Shown: in pieces, positions 1-12,772 of the stretch
How the letters are laid out: each line of letters begins with the position of its first letter
Numbering within the stretch: position 1 is the stretch's first letter
DNA from: Hemiscyllium ocellatum
Lineage: Eukaryota
Assembly: GCF_020745735.1 (NCBI RefSeq)
Contig: NC_083426.1
Coordinates: 29,884,001 to 29,948,000, forward strand
Length of the DNA: 64,000 nucleotides
Direction: 5' to 3'
The notes under the pieces: model-generated
What the model saw: the letters and a program-made list of their open reading frames with translations, nothing else
Told to the model about the DNA's origin: nothing
Databases searched by the model: none
Program-made: the position numbers and the translations under genes

Positions 1-554
1 TTTGGGAGACAGGCCGCCTACTTGCAGAACGTTTCAGGGAACATCTCTGGGACACCCGGACCAACCAACCCAACCACCCCGTGGCTCAACACTTCAACTC
101 CCCTTCTCACTCCACCAAGGACATGCAGGTCCTTGGACTCCTCCATCGCCAGACCATGTCAATATGACGGCTGGAGGAAGAGCGCCTCATCTTCCGTATA
201 GGAACCCTCCAACCACAAGGGATGAACCTAGATTTCTCCAGTTTCCTAATTTCCCCTCCCTCCATCTTGTCTCAGTCAAATTACTCGAACTCAGCACCGC
301 CTTCCTAACCTGCAATCTTCTTCCTGGCCTCTCCGCCCCCACCCCCACTCCGGCCTATCACCCTCACCTTGACCTCCTTCCACCTATCGCATTTCCAACG
401 CCCCTCCCCCAAGTCCCTCCTCCCTACCTTTTATCTTAGCCTGCTGGACACACTTTCCTCATTCCTGAAGAAGGGCTCATGCCCGAAACGTCGATTCTCC
501 TTCTCCTTAGATGCTGCCTGACCTGCTGCGCTTTTCCAGCAACACATTTTCAGC
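1..554 (+). mobile_element. Penelope-like element (family A), 3' end: GIY-YIG endonuclease C-terminus plus pseudo-LTR with hammerhead motif
   Basis: Frame 3 reads ETGRLLAERFREHL..VAQHFNSPSHS..RLEEERLIFRIGTLQPQGMN (one in-frame stop), typical of PLE GIY-YIG domains; followed by a C-rich UTR and CTGAAGAAGGGCTCATGCCCGAAACGTC. Confidence 0.85.
461..496 (+). ncRNA. Minimal type I hammerhead ribozyme motif in PLE pseudo-LTR
   Basis: ATTC-CTGAAGA-A-GGGC(TCAT)GCCC-GAAA-CGTC-GATT: complete core, 4-bp stem II, GUC cleavage triplet, stem I with one mismatch. Confidence 0.75.
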
Positions 555-611
555 CCTGCACTGAATCAGGCAAGTTTGAGTATTCCATCATACTACTGAC
601 TTGTGTCTTGT

Positions 612-946
612 AAATCATGGATAGGATAAACAGACAAAATGTTTTCCCTGGGATGGGGGAGTCCAGAACCAGAGGGCATAGGCTTAGAGTGAGAGGGGAA
701 AGATGTAAAAGAGACCTAAGGGGCAACTTTTTCACGCAGCGGGTGTTACATGTATGGAATGAACTGTCAGAGAAAATGGTGGAGACTAGTACAATTGCAA
801 CATTTAAAAGGCATCCGGATGGGTATATGAATAGGAAGAGTTTGGAGGAATATAGGCCAGGTGCTGGCAAGTGTGATAGATTGGGTTGGATTGGACGAGT
901 TGGACTGAGGGGTCTGTTTCCGTGCTGTACATCTCTATGGCTCTAA
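612..946 (+). mobile_element. CR1 (HER1-like) LINE 3' fragment
   Basis: Translation ESRTRGHRLRVRG..RGNFFTQRV..WNEL matches the CR1 ORF2 C-terminus and 24800-25170; ends in CTCTATG-type tail. Confidence 0.9.
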
Positions 947-1460
947 ATAGTTGATCAGCCTTTGAGAGACTGCAGATAGGTTACTCATATTAGGATTCCG
1001 TCTCTGCTCTGCTCTTGCAGTCACATATTTTATAGTAATATTTATTTTGGTAATCCAGTTCAGTTGCTGGTCAATAAGTCTTGTGGGCAAAACATTGAGT
1101 TATATACAGAAACTTCAATTTGAGTTTGTTTTCCACCAGTTCATAACTTCTAGTACATGTGAAATCAAGTGGAACTTTTCTCTATAATGTTTCAAATTTA
1201 TCTCAATACCTAAGAAGAAAATTAAGATTGATGCTAATTTGAACAGCGCCTGGGAACAGATGCAGGAGTCATGATGAGTATATACTTCTCACCGACTCAA
1301 TGTGATGCAGGCAACATACCAACTCAATGGTGCTTGATCATTACTCTGATTGTAACAGCAGCCACTGCTAACAGTTGTATTGACTGGCTGCATACCTCAG
1401 AAGGAGGTCCAAAATCATGAGAGACTAGTGCTAGTTAAAATAACAATCACAGCATAAAAT

Positions 1461-2946
1461 CATGATGTGGAGGAGCTGGTTTTGGACTGGGGTGGACAAA
1501 GTTAAAAATCACACAACACCAGGTTATAGTCCAACTGGTTTATTTGGAAGCATTAGCTTTTGGAGCACTGCTTCTTCATCAGGTAGTTTTGGAGCAGGAC
1601 CATAAGACACAGAATTTCGAGCAAACGATTACAGTGTCATGCAATTGAAATGATATATTGAATAAACTGAGATTGTTGTTAAATCTTTCACTTTTTAGAA
1701 TGGGTTGCAAGTTTTGATTCATTAATATGTAAATCCCAGAACTTCTCTTAAGTTACGTTCTCGAGATAACTTAAGGTTTTATCAAAAAAAGGTGACATCT
1801 TGGCTCAGACAATGCATTAAAGGTGTGAGGTTAGAGTCTGTCTGTGTCCAAATCCTGTGTCAGACTGGTTTTATTTTTGAAGCAGAATTGACAAAATATT
1901 ACATGTATTGACTGCCTGCAGACTGTGCATTTTTTGAGCAAAATAAAATGTATCTACAAATATAATTATGCAAATACAAATTCACCCCGTAGACCTATAT
2001 GTGTGTGTGCATGCATAAGAGAGAAAGAGAGTGTGTGCATGTGGGAGTGTGTGTTTGCATGTGTGAAAGCTTGGTAAAGTGTGTGTGTGGGTGTGATGGG
2101 GTATAAGCCTGTGAGACGGTATGTGGGTTTGAATGTGGCGTGCATATATGCATGTGTGTGTGAAAGAGCGTGTGTATGGAGACAATCTGCATGAGTGTGT
2201 GTGTGTGTGTGTAGTGGGGTCACCTATAGTGAGACATGAACCCAAGGTCCCGGTTGAGGCCATCCCCATGGGTATCGAACTTGGCTGTCAGCCTCTGCTT
2301 GGTCACTTTGCGTTGCTGCCTATGCTGATGTTGGCCTTGGAGGATGGTCACCCGAAGATCTGAGGCTGAATGTCCCTTACTGCTGAAGTGTTCTCTCTCT
2401 CTCTCTCTCTCTTTCTTATGCATGCACACACACATATAAGTCTATAGGGTGAATTGTATTTGCAGGATTATATTTGCAGATACATTTTATTTTGCTCAAA
2501 AATGCACAATCTGCAGGCAGTGAATGCAGTCAGTCAATCCATGCAATATTTTGTAAATTCCACTTTGGAAATAGAACCAGTCTGACTCAAAATTGGGATA
2601 CAGACAGACTCTAACCTCACACCTTTAATACATTGTCTGAGCTGAGATATCACCTTTTTTTTAATAAAATATTAAGTTATCTCAAGAATGTAACTTAAAA
2701 GAAGTTCTGGGATTTATATACTAATGAACCAAAAAACTGCAACCCATTCTAAAACATAAAAGACTTAACAACAATCTAGCTTTGCTCAATATATCATTTC
2801 AGTTGCATGACAGTGTAATCTTTTGCTATAAATTCTGTGTCTTATGGTCCTGCTGCACAGCTACCTGATGAAGGAGCAGTGCTCCGAAATCTGGTGCTGC
2901 CAACTAAACCTGTTGGACTATAACCAGTTGTTATGTGTTTTTAGCT
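1461..2946 (-). mobile_element. 5'-truncated Penelope-like element (family B) with inverted pseudo-LTR copy; about 1.5 kb foldback
   Basis: Minus ORF 2220-2435 HFSSKGHSASDLRVTILQ..EQ-like..KFDTHGDGLNRDLGFMSHY is a GIY-YIG C-terminus; about 1500-2030 is the reverse complement of about 2410-2946; hammerhead cores at 1550-1585 (-) and 2862-2895 (+). Confidence 0.85.
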
Positions 2947-3805
2947 TAAGACCAGTGTATCTTTTGGTAGGATTCCCTGCCCAGTGAAGCAGTTGAGGCC
3001 AGCACATTGAATGTTTTGCAGGCATCAAGTTTTGAACAGTAAAGGATTTAATAGTTATGGTGAGCAAGCAGGTAAGCAAGCTGAGTCCACAAAAAGAATC
3101 AGTTGTGATTTTACTGAATGGAGGAGCAGGCTCGACGGGTGAGATGGCTTACGCCTGCTCCTATTTTTGTGTTCTTATGGATAGAAAACTCATTGCAGCT
3201 GAAGAAAATAGGACTTGTAAAAATCACTCTGTTGTGAAAAGTCTGAATGATGGAACAATTTAGGTGAGAGCTTGCCCAAAGTTTTCAAACCCTTGATTGT
3301 GGAGGAATAGAGAAGGTGAAATGTGTTCATTTTAGAAAGGGCTAGGAAGCCCTCTGGACTAAGGCTCAGAGGTAATAGAGCAGATAGATGTGCCAGTTAA
3401 TGTTGGGAATCAAGTCCCCACACCCAAGATACAAAAGCTTCAATGACTTTATTGGTGTGGTAAATGCAGTGAATTCATTTTCAAATGCCATTTCCCAGCA
3501 ATATCCTCACTAACCTCTGATGCTGCCTAAGGCACCATGTCACATCACCTGTTTGCCAGCATCCTATTCCTTCTCTCTTCTGGGATAATGTGAATCATAA
3601 CCAGAGAGATAACTGGTAGGAACAGTTGCTCTTGTATATCCCCAGCATGATAAAGAAGATAATGCTGGCCATGGCATCCATGAAGTGAGTGGCATAGATA
3701 CCTTTAAGGAAAAAGCTAATATAAACACATGAGAGACAAAAGAAGGGAAGATTATGCAGGCAGAGTTAGATGAAGAGGAGTGAGAGAAAGCTTAAGTGCA
3801 CTGGC

Positions 3806-3967
3806 TCAGTGGTGCTGGAAGAGCACAGCAGTTCAGGCAGCATCCAAAGTGCAGCGAAATTGCCCAAAACCTCGATTTCACTGCACTTTGGATGCTGCCT
3901 GAACTGCTGTGTTTTTCCAGCACCACTGATCCATCTGGTTTCCAGCATCTGCAGTCATTGTTTTTAC
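3806..3967 (+). mobile_element. Short PLE family A foldback insertion with 15-bp TSD
   Basis: Inverted arms AGTGGTGCTGGAA...TTCCAGCACCACT; CTTAAGTGCACTGGC repeated at 3791-3805 and 3968-3982. Confidence 0.85.
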
Positions 3968-5399
3968 CTTAAGTGCACTGGCACCAATGGACCAATTGGA
4001 TCAACTGGCTTATTTCTATGAAATTTTATGTAACACTATGCAAATTTCTATGTAACCTAAAGAACTGTAGACCAAAATCTTCTTTCTGCTAGTATTTTAT
4101 GGTTAGTGTCATACACTGAGGAAGTGTTTTATGCAGTTTCCTCTATCACAATAGAGACACAACTTGGGGGTGTATGAGGATATTCTAGAGTTATATGATG
4201 GTGTTCCAACATTTTTAAAATAGCTAAATATAAAATGCAAGTATGGCATTTACATCCCTGAACATGTAAATGCAAGTTTTGTTTCAAGTGGTTATACTGA
4301 CTTTCTCTAAAATACCACAGTTAAAACCAACTTGGAACGAGGTCAGGATTCCTGAACCAGCTGGCCTGCATTTTCAACACAGTACTCATAGAAGAACATC
4401 TGGCTCTATTTCAAGAACAAAGTATGGACGAACATAACAAAAAGCACTGCTCTAAAGTAACATACATTAGGGAAGCACATGCCAAGAATAACATATGGCA
4501 CAGAAAATAGGAATTTATTAACCTGATACAGAAATAAAAAGAAAGTGATTTTAATTCATTACAAACTGGTATGACTGCAATAGTCACTTTTCTGCCTTAT
4601 TCTGTTTCAATCTGCCTATAAATGGAGTGCAGGGTGGTTTATTTATTAGAAGATGGCACTAATGGTGGGTGAAAAAGCTTCAGTTTAAAAATATTGTGAA
4701 TAAAATTTACGTTTAGGCCAACTTTGTGTTTCTTTTGTTTAACAGCTTTGAAATGTTATGATTGTAGCATTTTTTAAAATAAATGTACTAAATGATGTAG
4801 TCCTGAGTTTTTAAAAAATTACTCTTAAAATAAGAATAACCAGAAATATTTACCCTTAATTCATTCTAATCATTTCTTACACAGTAGAAAAGTCTCAATG
4901 GGAACAACACTATGGTGAGTAAAGCATTCCCTTTACCCAAATGTTCCAACTTAACAAAGACTGTTGAATGAATGGGAAATGAGTCAGTTCCTGAGTAAAT
5001 GTTTCCAATAGCAGGGTGCCATTAACGGGTATGTTCTGTATCATGGAATGTCATTACAACAAATGTTAGGTGATGTAAACTGAAACTGTGGCCTGCAAAG
5101 TGTTGACTTTAATAAAGTTTAGATCACAAAGATGGTAAGATGCAGTTTCAATATTGGATGTTGAGTTGTATCACTGATGGTTTTATCTGTCAGAATTGCA
5201 CACAAAATGTCATTGTTATATCTCGTCAAATTTAATGGACTATATCCTTAATTTTCCTCTGTCACATTTGATACTTGGACCATGTTCACAGTAACGTGTT
5301 ACCACTCACATTTTGTAAAATGCATATTTTTCCTGTGTGAGTATTATGAATTTACTTCAGCCAGTCAGAACTAAATCTTATCAAATAAGGTAAACATTA

Positions 5400-5500
5400 T
5401 CTATTTCCCTTTCCACAGATGCTGCCTGACGTGCTGAATGTTTCTCATACTTTCTGAGTTCAATGTAAGGTTTCCAGCAACTGCAGTATTTTGATTTTGT
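5400..5500 (+). mobile_element. Old, diverged PLE pseudo-LTR fragment
   Basis: CAGATGCTGCCTGACGTGCTGA...TTCCAGCAACTGCAGTATTTTG resembles the family A/C tail. Confidence 0.55.
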
Positions 5501-6884
5501 GTGAACATCTCATTTATGTTACCATTTTTTATAATCTAACCGAGTGCCTCCCAAATTATTTAAAACTGTGACCCCACTTCAAAGCTTAGAAACTTTTGTG
5601 ATCTTCAGCGAGATCAATGAGAGTACAGACATAATGGAGGGGGTGTGGCTGTGACAGTAGGAGCTTTTTGGAGTGGGAACGTAGTTGTTATAACTGGGTT
5701 GTAGCTCTCCAATGACTATTATTGCTTCAGAGTTTGCAAGCTCAAAATTACAGCTCACTGACTAACTTAGGGTTCCAATTCCCATTTTGAGAAGCCCTGA
5801 TCTAACTTTCAGAGATCTGTTAATATTCAGGTAAACTTGCTTTACACTCATGCAAAGGACAATATATTGTCTAAGGTATGTTGCCCACAACATCATGGAC
5901 TACTCCTGAAAAGGTCCAAACAGGACTTTGTAAAGCTACAGCAAGACCTCTGATCCTTAGTATTTTAGTCATCTAATTATAATTTGAAAATCTTTGAATA
6001 TTTGTGTAACTAACAATATATTTTAATAAACTTTGTACATAGATTGTTATCACTTTTATCTTACACTGTCCCTTTCATTATTCATGATTTAAAACTTTCC
6101 ATAAACGACTGTCTACTTCCCCACATGTATACAACCAGTTCATACCCAAATAATCCTTAGTTAATGTATCCATTCCCTGTTAACCCACTCCATTAGATCT
6201 CAGACATTCCTTCATATTAACCTGAATGACAAGATGGGCAAGACCAGGCTCCATGTAAGTGCTCTCCAGACATTTTCCATTATCACTTCTCTAGGGGCTT
6301 AGTAGTACTAACAATGGCTACTACTTCCAGTGGTGCTGGGTCTGTAAGGCTACCAGCCATCTGATTGGTTGGCAGCTCTCAAAAGCAAGACAGTCTGGCC
6401 AAGACGGGGTGGTAGGCACAGCTGCATGCCGTTAATTACCTGAGCAACTTAAAATTGACTTGTGACTTCCAGGAACAATGGAGGCAGATGTCTACCTGAC
6501 TTTCTGGGTGGAGCCACTGACTCGATGTAAAATTCTGGTCTTTATCTTCAGTCTCGATCTTCAACTACTTAAGTAAGCTCCCACCTAGAGCAACACTTTC
6601 CCTCAATTCCATGAGCTTTATTTTGAACTGATAGAGTATTACATGGAATTTTAGTGAGTGCCTTCTGAAAATCCAAATAACCTATAACCATACACATTCC
6701 TAAATTTAAGATATTCAAACAGGTTTGTTAAACCTGATCTATATATTATTTTCTCCACTCAGGTCAACTTTCTCAAAGTGCCCAGTCACTCCATTGTATT
6801 GATATGTTGGCAGGAAAAGATCGACATACTGGATCTCTTTATTCTTGATCAAATAAGACTGAAAGAAGACCACCCTCTGCAAAG

Positions 6885-7005
6885 GCATCGTAGGTCTGCC
6901 TGTAATAAGTGAACTGCAGCAGCTCACTACTACCATCTCAAGGCAACTAGAGATGGGTAAGAAATATTGGCCTAGTCAGCAATGCCACATCTTGTGAATT
7001 AAAAC
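6885..7005 (+). mobile_element. 3' tail of CR1/L2-type LINE (same family as 61650-62915)
   Basis: CAGCTCACTACTACCATCTCAAGGCAACTAGAGATGGG..GGCCTAGTCAGCAATGCCACATC matches 62820-62910. Confidence 0.65.
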
Positions 7006-7749
7006 AAAGGGCAATTCAACATTATGAAAAGTTTTGATTGAACAGAGAAAATTGATACAGCGAACTCAGAAAAAAAACCAAAGCATGGTATAAGTCCTTG
7101 CCATAGTGAATGAAATTGTTTAGATCTATATATGGGTAAAATGGGCAAGTTTATGAGGAAGATGTAAATAAATAATTGTAGTGGTATATTTTGATGAGAA
7201 AAGAGGAGACTTGACTAATACAGACTGGTTGCTCCAAATTGCCTTTTTCTGTGTTATACATCCTCTGAAATCCTGTACACTAGAAACAGCTTTACCAGAT
7301 TTGGCAAAAGCCCTGTAATTTCCTTGCCTACCTCTTTTGAAATCCTGTAATGGTAGTGTCAGTTTCTGGGGTTTTGTTAGTATGTAGTTTTATTACTTTT
7401 TCTTATAATCCTTTCCTGGTTATGTTAACTTTAATGTGTTCCAGTCATTGCTTCATTATTCATTTCCCTGGAATGTCATGTAAATTATCCTCTTCCTCCA
7501 TTGTGAAGATTGACACAAAGTAATTATTCAACCAGTCTACCATTTCTTTATTTTCATTTGCAATGTTATCCGCATCTGTTTTCTGTTCTAGTCTCCATAC
7601 TGTTTCTCAAGATCTGTATCCCCTTTTTTATAATTATGAGGACTTTGTTTAAATCTTGATAATCATTGCAAGTTTCTCTTTGCATTCCTTTCCATATCTC
7701 TTGCCATATTTTTTGGTTTCCTCTACTTTTTAAAAAAGTATTATTTCAT

Positions 7750-8095
7750 TTATATGAGCTTCACTGACAAAGCCAGATTTTTTTTTTGCCCATTCCTAAT
7801 TGCCCTAGGAATGAATAGTTTAGGAGGCCATTTCAAACAGCAATTAAAAGTCAGTCATGTTATTACAGGTTGGAGTCAAATGTAGCTGGTAAGGATGGCA
7901 GATTTACTAAACAATTTTGAAACAATCGTTCATAGTTGACATGGTCACTTTTACTGAGACTAACTTTATATTCCATATTAATGAATTGAAATTAAATTTC
8001 TCAGCTGTGATTGTGCCATTTAAATGCTTGTCTCCAGAGCATTTACCTCTGGATTTCTAATTTAATGGCATTACTACTACACTATCATCCCCCCC
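7750..8095 (-). mobile_element. tRNA-derived SINE, family 2 (diverged)
   Basis: Collinear with 9280-9557 and 43520-43890. Confidence 0.6.
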
Positions 8096-9279
8096 ATTCT
8101 TTCCATCCATCCCAATCCCCTGGATCTATTCTTTGCACCTTTGAATGCTTTTGTTTCTTGCTTTATTTTACAACTCGCGTTTTGTGGACCACAATGGTTT
8201 TATCTCGCAAGGAGCATGCGTGTTCCATCTGGGTATGGACAGATCCTAGATTAAAGTAAATTATTTGGTGTGTGCATCCCATTGTTTATCTGTATTATTA
8301 TCCTGTAACAGTTTTTGTTAATTGTCAGCTCATCAGCAGCTCTTCTTGGCCTCTCTCTCAATTTTGTTAGACTTAGCAAAATCGAGAAAGTTGATAATTA
8401 TGTCAAATTTCTCCTTTCAAAAATAGCAGTAAATTTAATCATCTTCTCTTCACTGCTAGATAAATAATCCCTTGCTGTTATGTAATTTTCTTAAACTGCA
8501 ACGTAATCACTGTATTATTAATTACGGCTGTCTCATCATTATTATCACATGCTTTAGAACTACCCTCTTGTTTCTTGATTTTAGAACATATCGCTACAGC
8601 AAACTGAATAAAGTCACTCAAAAAATCCACTCCTTTTCTAATTTCAACTGGTTTATCGTTCCAATTTGTAGGAAAATTACTGACTCATATTAAACAATTT
8701 TCTTTTTACTACAGTGCTTTTCAATCTCAGAATTAATACATTGCCACATCAGTATTGCTATTAGACCTGTAGACATCTCCTAATACAGTTAAGCCTTGTC
8801 TTATTCCTTGTGATAGATTGTAAGGACAACACTTATTAATCTCTTTTATTCCTGTAGTAATATTATTTCTAATTAATAAAACGATCCTCTTCCTCTTTGA
8901 GTTACCAAATGCTTTCTAAAAGTCTTAAAAGCCGGAACATTTAATTCTAAATCATTACCAGTTTGCGGATGTGTCTTAGTAATAGGCAGTGTGTAATATA
9001 TTATGCAGTACATGGACTATATTTGAACCTTTAAATCACTGAATTTCTTTCTCATAACCCATTCATTAACCTATAAAATTCTTATGAGGAAAATAGACCT
9101 AATCTGTCTTTCTGACTTGATGTTGTTTTAATCAATTTTTATCACTGGTGCATTAACTACTTTAACTAAAATTTTGTTTATAGACAACAAAACAAAACCA
9201 TAATTTTGTTTCAGAATGCACCTCCCTCACCCATTTTACAGTTGAGTCTTCTTTTTAACCTTTTTAAATATTAGTTCAC

Positions 9280-9557
9280 AAATGTGGTTATCACTAGTTG
9301 GGCCACCATTTATTGCATATCCCTAATTACCCAGAGGGCAATTAAATATCAATCATATTGCTATGGGTCTCAAGTCACATGCAGGCCAGACCTGGAAAAG
9401 ATGGGTTTTTCCAGACAATCAACAATTGTTCGATGCTCATCATTAGACTCTTATTTCCAGATTTTTATTAAATTTCAACTCTACCATGGCAGGATTTGAA
9501 CCCAGGTCCCCTGACTAACACTATATGCAATAATATCATTAGGCCATCACCTCCCCC
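9280..9557 (-). mobile_element. tRNA-derived SINE, family 2
   Basis: Minus strand starts GGGAGGTGATGGCCTAATG (A-box-like) ... GGTTCAAATCC (B-box); 3' end shared with the LINE at 61650-62915. Confidence 0.7.
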
Positions 9558-9594
9558 GCCTATTTATTATTTTCAGTAAGACCTTACACGGTGT

Positions 9595-10720
9595 AGGCAA
9601 AAGTGGGTATTGCAAATGCTGGAGAATAGAGTCAAGATTAGAGTGGCGCTGGAAAAGCACAACAGGTCAGGCAGCATCCGAGGAACAGGAAAATTGACCT
9701 TTCAGGCAAAAGCCCTAAATCAGGAATGAGGCTGAGAGCCTGGGGGGTGGAGAGATAAATGGGAGGGGGTGGGGCTGGGGAGAAGATAGCTGAAAGTGCA
9801 ATAGGTGGATGGAGGTGGCAGTAAAGGTGATGTCGGAGAGGAGGGTGGAGTGGATGCCTGGAGGAAGAATGCTTTATCTTCGGCCTCGTGACCCTTCAAC
9901 CCCATAGCATCAATGTGGAATTCACCCGTTTCCTCATTTCCCCTCTCCCCACCTTACCCCAGTTCCAACCTTCCAGCTCAGCACCATCTTCATGACCTGT
10001 CCCATCCGTCAATCTTCCTTCTCAGGACATGATTGAAGAGCTTTAGAGCAAAGGAGATGACTGGGGATTGCAGTGAGAGAGAGGGAGAGACTCACTAAGA
10101 TCTTTGTAGAGAGAGAGAAGAACTTCTTCAAGGTTGCAAGGATGCCTATCTTGAAGAAGTTCTCCTCCTCTCTCTACAAAGATCTCAGTGAGTCTCTCTC
10201 TCACTGCAACCTCCAGGTTATGTCCTCTGCCCTGAAGTTCTTCACCCATGTCCTGAAACAGACTCGCTACCACAGCCACATGTGCTTCACTCTTAGCTAC
10301 CTTCTCCCCAGCCTCACCCCACTCCCATTTATCTCTCCACCCCAGAGGGTTCCGGCCTCATTCTTGATGAAGGGCTCCTGCCTGAAACATTGATTTTCAT
10401 GCTCCTCGGATGCTGCCTGACCTGCTGTGCTTTTCCAGCACTACTCTAATCTTGACTCCGATCTCCAGCATCTGCAGTCCTCACTTTCACCTAACCTTCC
10501 TTCTCACCTATCCACTCCACCCTCACCTCCAACCTATCACCTTCACCCCCACCTCCATCCACCTATTGCACTCTCATCTACCTTCTCCCCAGCCCCACCC
10601 CCCTCCAACTTATCTCTCTACCCCCGAGGCTCTCAGCCTCGTTCCTGATGAAGGGTTTTTGCCGAAACATTGATTTTCCTGCTCTAGATGCTGCCTGACC
10701 TTCTCTGCTTTTCCAGCTTC
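9595..10720. mobile_element. Compound rearranged PLE family A cluster (one inverted and two direct pseudo-LTRs, GIY-YIG scrap, inverted 5' ORF segment)
   Basis: Minus pLTR about 9595-9855; EEEC-FIF..QPHSINVEF endonuclease scrap about 9858-9930; hairpin 10022-10256; plus pLTR ends with decayed hammerhead cores at about 10363-10392 and 10645-10672. Confidence 0.8.
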
Positions 10721-10765
10721 ACCCTGGAGCTAGCCCAGTTAGATTTCAGTGCAACCCAATGGCAC

Positions 10766-10766
<1 letters not shown>

Positions 10767-10800
<34 letters not shown>
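10767..10800. repeat. (CT)n microsatellite
   Basis: Perfect CT run. Confidence 0.95.
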
Positions 10801-10802
<2 letters not shown>

Positions 10803-10999
10803 AGTCCCCAGTGCCAATGTCCCTGGAATATTTGCTCCCTTGCTACTCCTTTAGCCACTTTTCTACCTTCCTGATCTGTTTGTCTCGATGAAACTAGCTT
10901 GTATTTACTAGTAATCCTGAAAAGACCATCCATGAGATTTTCCTTCTTATTTTATCTCCAAACTCCTGACACTCCCTCATTATGTATTTTCTTTAAATC

Positions 11000-11210
11000 A
11001 CTCAGGGGATGGGGACATTGCTGGCTGGGCTAGCATTTATTTCCCATCCCTAGTTGCCCTTGAGAAGGTGCTGGTGAGCTGCCTTCTTGAACTGCCACAG
11101 TCCATGTGCTGTAAGTTGTTCGACAATGCCCTTATGGAATGTGACAGTGAAGGAATGGAGATATATTTTCAAGTCAAGATTGTGAATGACTTGGAGGAGG
11201 CCTTGCAGGA
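11000..11210 (-). mobile_element. 3' end of CR1/L2-type LINE (family of 61650-62915)
   Basis: Reverse complement of 62700-62900 (GCATTTATT.CCCATCCCTA.TTGCCCTTGAGAAGGTG..GTGAGCTGCCTTCTTGAA). Confidence 0.75.
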
Positions 11211-11239
11211 CCTAACAGTGTTTTCACTTAGCTTCAGCA

Positions 11240-11808
11240 CTTGTCTGGATGAAGGGATGGGGGACATTCTGCAGAGGTTTGCCAATGATACGAAGTTAAA
11301 CAGACAGGCAGGTAGTACTGAGGAGGTGGAGAGGCTGCAGAAAGATTTAGACAGTTTAGGAGAGTGGTTCAGGAAATGGCTGATAAAATTCAACATGAGC
11401 AAGCACGAGGTCTTGCACTTTGGAAAAAAGAATACAGTCATAGACTATTTTTTAAACAGTGAGAAAATTCATAAAGCCGAAGTAGAAAGGGATCTAGGAG
11501 TGTGAGTCCAGTATTCTCTAAAGGTTAATTTGCAGGTTGAGTCCGTGATTAAGGAAGCAAATGTAATGCTGTTATTTATCTCGAGAGTTGGAATATAAAA
11601 GCAGCGACTTGATTCTGAGACTTTATAAAGCTTTCGTTACGCCCCATTTAGAATACTGTGTCCAATTTTGGGCCCCACACCTCAGGAAGGACATACTGGC
11701 ACTGGGGTGTGTCCAGCAGAGATTGACACAAATGATCCTTGGAATGGTAGGCCTAACATATGATGATCAGCTGAGGATCCTGGGATTGTATTCATTAGAG
11801 TTTAGAAG
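11240..11808 (+). mobile_element. CR1 LINE RT/C-terminal fragment
   Basis: RFANDTKL..LQKDLDSLGEW..KFNMSK..LHFG; LRLYKAFVTPHLEYCVQFWAP. Confidence 0.85.
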
Positions 11809-12772
11809 GTCTGGACCTGCTCTGAACCTGCTCCCCACTTTTCCCACTCCAGACCCAAGCTGCTTCACCTCCAAACCCCCAGACTCAGTCCTCCCTTCCC
11901 CTGCTCCGAACCTGATCTGCCTCAACCCATCCTGGGAACTAATCTGTCTCCCAACTTCCTCCACTTCCGAACTGATCCCCCTCCTACCCTTGACCTTTGC
12001 CAAACCCAATTTTCCATCTCCATTCTGATAGACCCTAAACATGGTATCACTTACCTGGCTTTCTTGCAAACCTACACTTGACCCACACAACACCCTACCC
12101 TGGTACCCTATTTACCTGACATCCTACTCCCTAACCAATTGGCACCCTATCTAACTTGGACCCCTATTTACCCAGCAACCAATTTCACTGGCAAACTACA
12201 TTCCTACCTATCTAAGGCTCAACCCTTCTGATCCCATATCCTCATATTGATCTTATGTATTTATCATTTGATAGAAGTTGTTATAATGGCTGTGAGGACT
12301 TTTAAATTTGAAGTTATTGCAGCTGACTGCTGTGAAAAGGGGTTGTATTTGCCTTCTCTCAACAATTCTGCACTTTGAGAGAACGGACAGAATGGAACTA
12401 CAGCTCTGCATTTGTAAAGAAGCCCTGATCAAAATCTTTTGTCAGAAATACAGAGATTTCTACTTTTGTAAAAAATGTAGGGGCGGTGTGGTAATGTGCA
12501 GGAGATTGCCACTCCTTGAAAAATCCAACCCAATATTATCTTAATAGAAAGAGGGTGGAGAATGCTGTATTACAAAGAAATCTGGATGTCCTGGTAGATG
12601 TATCAGAAAAAGATAACATGTAGGTACAGGAAGTAATCAGGAAGGCAAATGGAATGCTGACCTTTATTGCAAGGGGAATGGAAAAGTAGAGACATCTTCT
12701 TGCAATGGTGAGAATACATCAATAATACTATATGGAATTTCAGTTTCATTATTTAAGGTGGGTGTACTGATT

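Noticed and set aside
3806-3967. Hairpins as miRNA genes or classical DNA-transposon MITEs
   Set aside because: Arms are PLE pseudo-LTR sequence, unequal in length, with variable long TSDs rather than fixed TIR/TSD; small-RNA production cannot be judged from sequence alone
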